A stretch of 44,690 nt of DNA from NCBI GenBank assembly GCA_016195485.1, contig JACPZM010000035.1, forward strand, positions 1 to 44,690, written 5' to 3'. Origin of the DNA: Candidatus Troglogloeales bacterium. GTDB lineage: Bacteria; Nitrospirota; Nitrospiria; SBBL01; SBBA01. Below the pieces are notes generated by a model. That model saw nothing but the letters and a program-made list of their open reading frames with translations, was not told the DNA's origin and searched no databases. The position numbers and the translations under genes are program-made. Positions 43,824 to 44,690 of the stretch are shown in pieces; the stretch's first letter is position 1; every line of letters starts with the position of its first letter.

Positions 43824-44690
43824 TCATTGCTGATCCAGCAAGAAGTCGAAGTCTACCTCATCCTGTTGATCGGTAGCAAGATTTTCTTCAGCATAAGCGA
43901 GAAATAGTTTTTCCTCGATGAAGAAACGAAATAGATCGCGATCAAGATGATTGTCTTTGACCATCATCGCCATGATGCGCATGACTTCAGAAATTTTTTT
44001 TGCCGATTTATATGGACGCTTTGCGGTGAGCGCCTCGAAGACATCAGCCAATGCAATAATCCTTGCCTGAAGCGGTAATTGATCGCCTGAAAGTCCACGA
44101 GGATACCCTCTTCCATCTATCCGTTCATGGTGGCTTGCCGCAATGGAGGGAACATTTTTAATTTTCTTCGGAAACGGCAATGCGGACAGCATTGTTAACG
44201 TCACGGCCGCATGATTTTCGATCTTCTTACGCTCTTCGTTGTTTAATGTCCCCCGACGAATAGCAAGGTTCGTCACTTCCTGTTCACTCAGAAGGGGTTG
44301 CTCTTCCCCATTGAGAAACCATCTATTTCGGGCAATACGCCCTATCCGATCAATCTTATCCTCTGCCAGATATTCCCCTCCATAATTAATCTCGTTCAGA
44401 AACGCCCCATCCTCGTCCAGCTGCCGACACCGTTCCTGAAATTGCCCTTCCAGCGCGTCAGGTTTCTCGGTGTGCCCCTCCTCCAGACAATGCCCTATCC
44501 ATTCCTTCAGGAAGGCAATTTCCGCATCCCGTTTGAGCAGTTCCAATCGTGTTTTGACCGTTACAATGCCATCAGAAATCGTCGAAAGTTTAGTGGATTT
44601 ATCCACGACAAACTCGGGTGTTGTAATCTTGCCAATATCATGTAACCACCCAGCAAGCCGGATCTCCTTTAACTGATCGGCATTAAAGCC
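43824..44690 (-). CDS. HD-GYP domain phosphodiesterase (partial, N-terminus beyond the window)
   Basis: The frame is open to the window edge. Motifs present are LAGWLHDIGKI (HD) and HHERIDGRGYPRGL (GYP). Confidence 0.85.
   Translation of the reverse strand, partial: GFNADQLKEIRLAGWLHDIGKITTPEFVVDKSTKLSTISDGIVTVKTRLELLKRDAEIAFLKEWIGHCLEEGHTEKPDALEGQFQERCRQLDEDGAFLNEINYGGEYLAEDKIDRIGRIARNRWFLNGEEQPLLSEQEVTNLAIRRGTLNNEERKKIENHAAVTLTMLSALPFPKKIKNVPSIAASHHERIDGRGYPRGLSGDQLPLQARIIALADVFEALTAKRPYKSAKKISEVMRIMAMMVKDNHLDRDLFRFFIEEKLFLAYAEENLATDQQDEVDFDFLLDQQ

Overview
This is a chromosomal segment from a diderm (Gram-negative-type) bacterium of moderate GC. The lineage cannot be assigned from the sequence alone, although the gene content and GC-rich palindromic repeats resemble uncultivated Nitrospirota- or Deltaproteobacteria-like genomes. 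There are about 45 densely packed protein-coding genes, mostly housekeeping: nadC, birA, citrate synthase, dcd, miaB, mtaB, tsaD, pyrG, a cspA-family gene, polA, an Mla-type lipid-transport operon, htrA, ispD/ispF, cysE, mutY and grxD-bolA. I recognised no rRNA, tRNA, CRISPR array, transposase or integrase. Less ordinary content: (1) two conserved-domain genes, a rhodanese and a PIN-TRAM protein, each interrupted by an in-frame TGA with clear coding continuity after it. (2) Several families of short GC-rich palindromic repeats, some embedded in frame in genes (mutY, ispD tail, mtaB, an ATP-grasp-like gene, a lysine-rich gene). (3) A 2.7-kb TPR-beta-barrel plus FecR-like two-gene module bracketed by identical 18-nt direct repeats and preceded by a PilZ gene. 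(4) A covalent PilT-PilT tandem ATPase flanked by an HD-GYP gene and a cNMP-binding/GAF gene. (5) A KamA-type radical SAM, glutaredoxin-like and ATP-grasp-like operon. (6) An orphan GHKL ATPase. (7) A histone-H1-like lysine-rich tail fused to a small beta-barrel domain. (8) A truncated MoeA-like gene coupled to rhodanese and two methylthiotransferases. All functional calls rest on motif recognition by eye, not on database searches.
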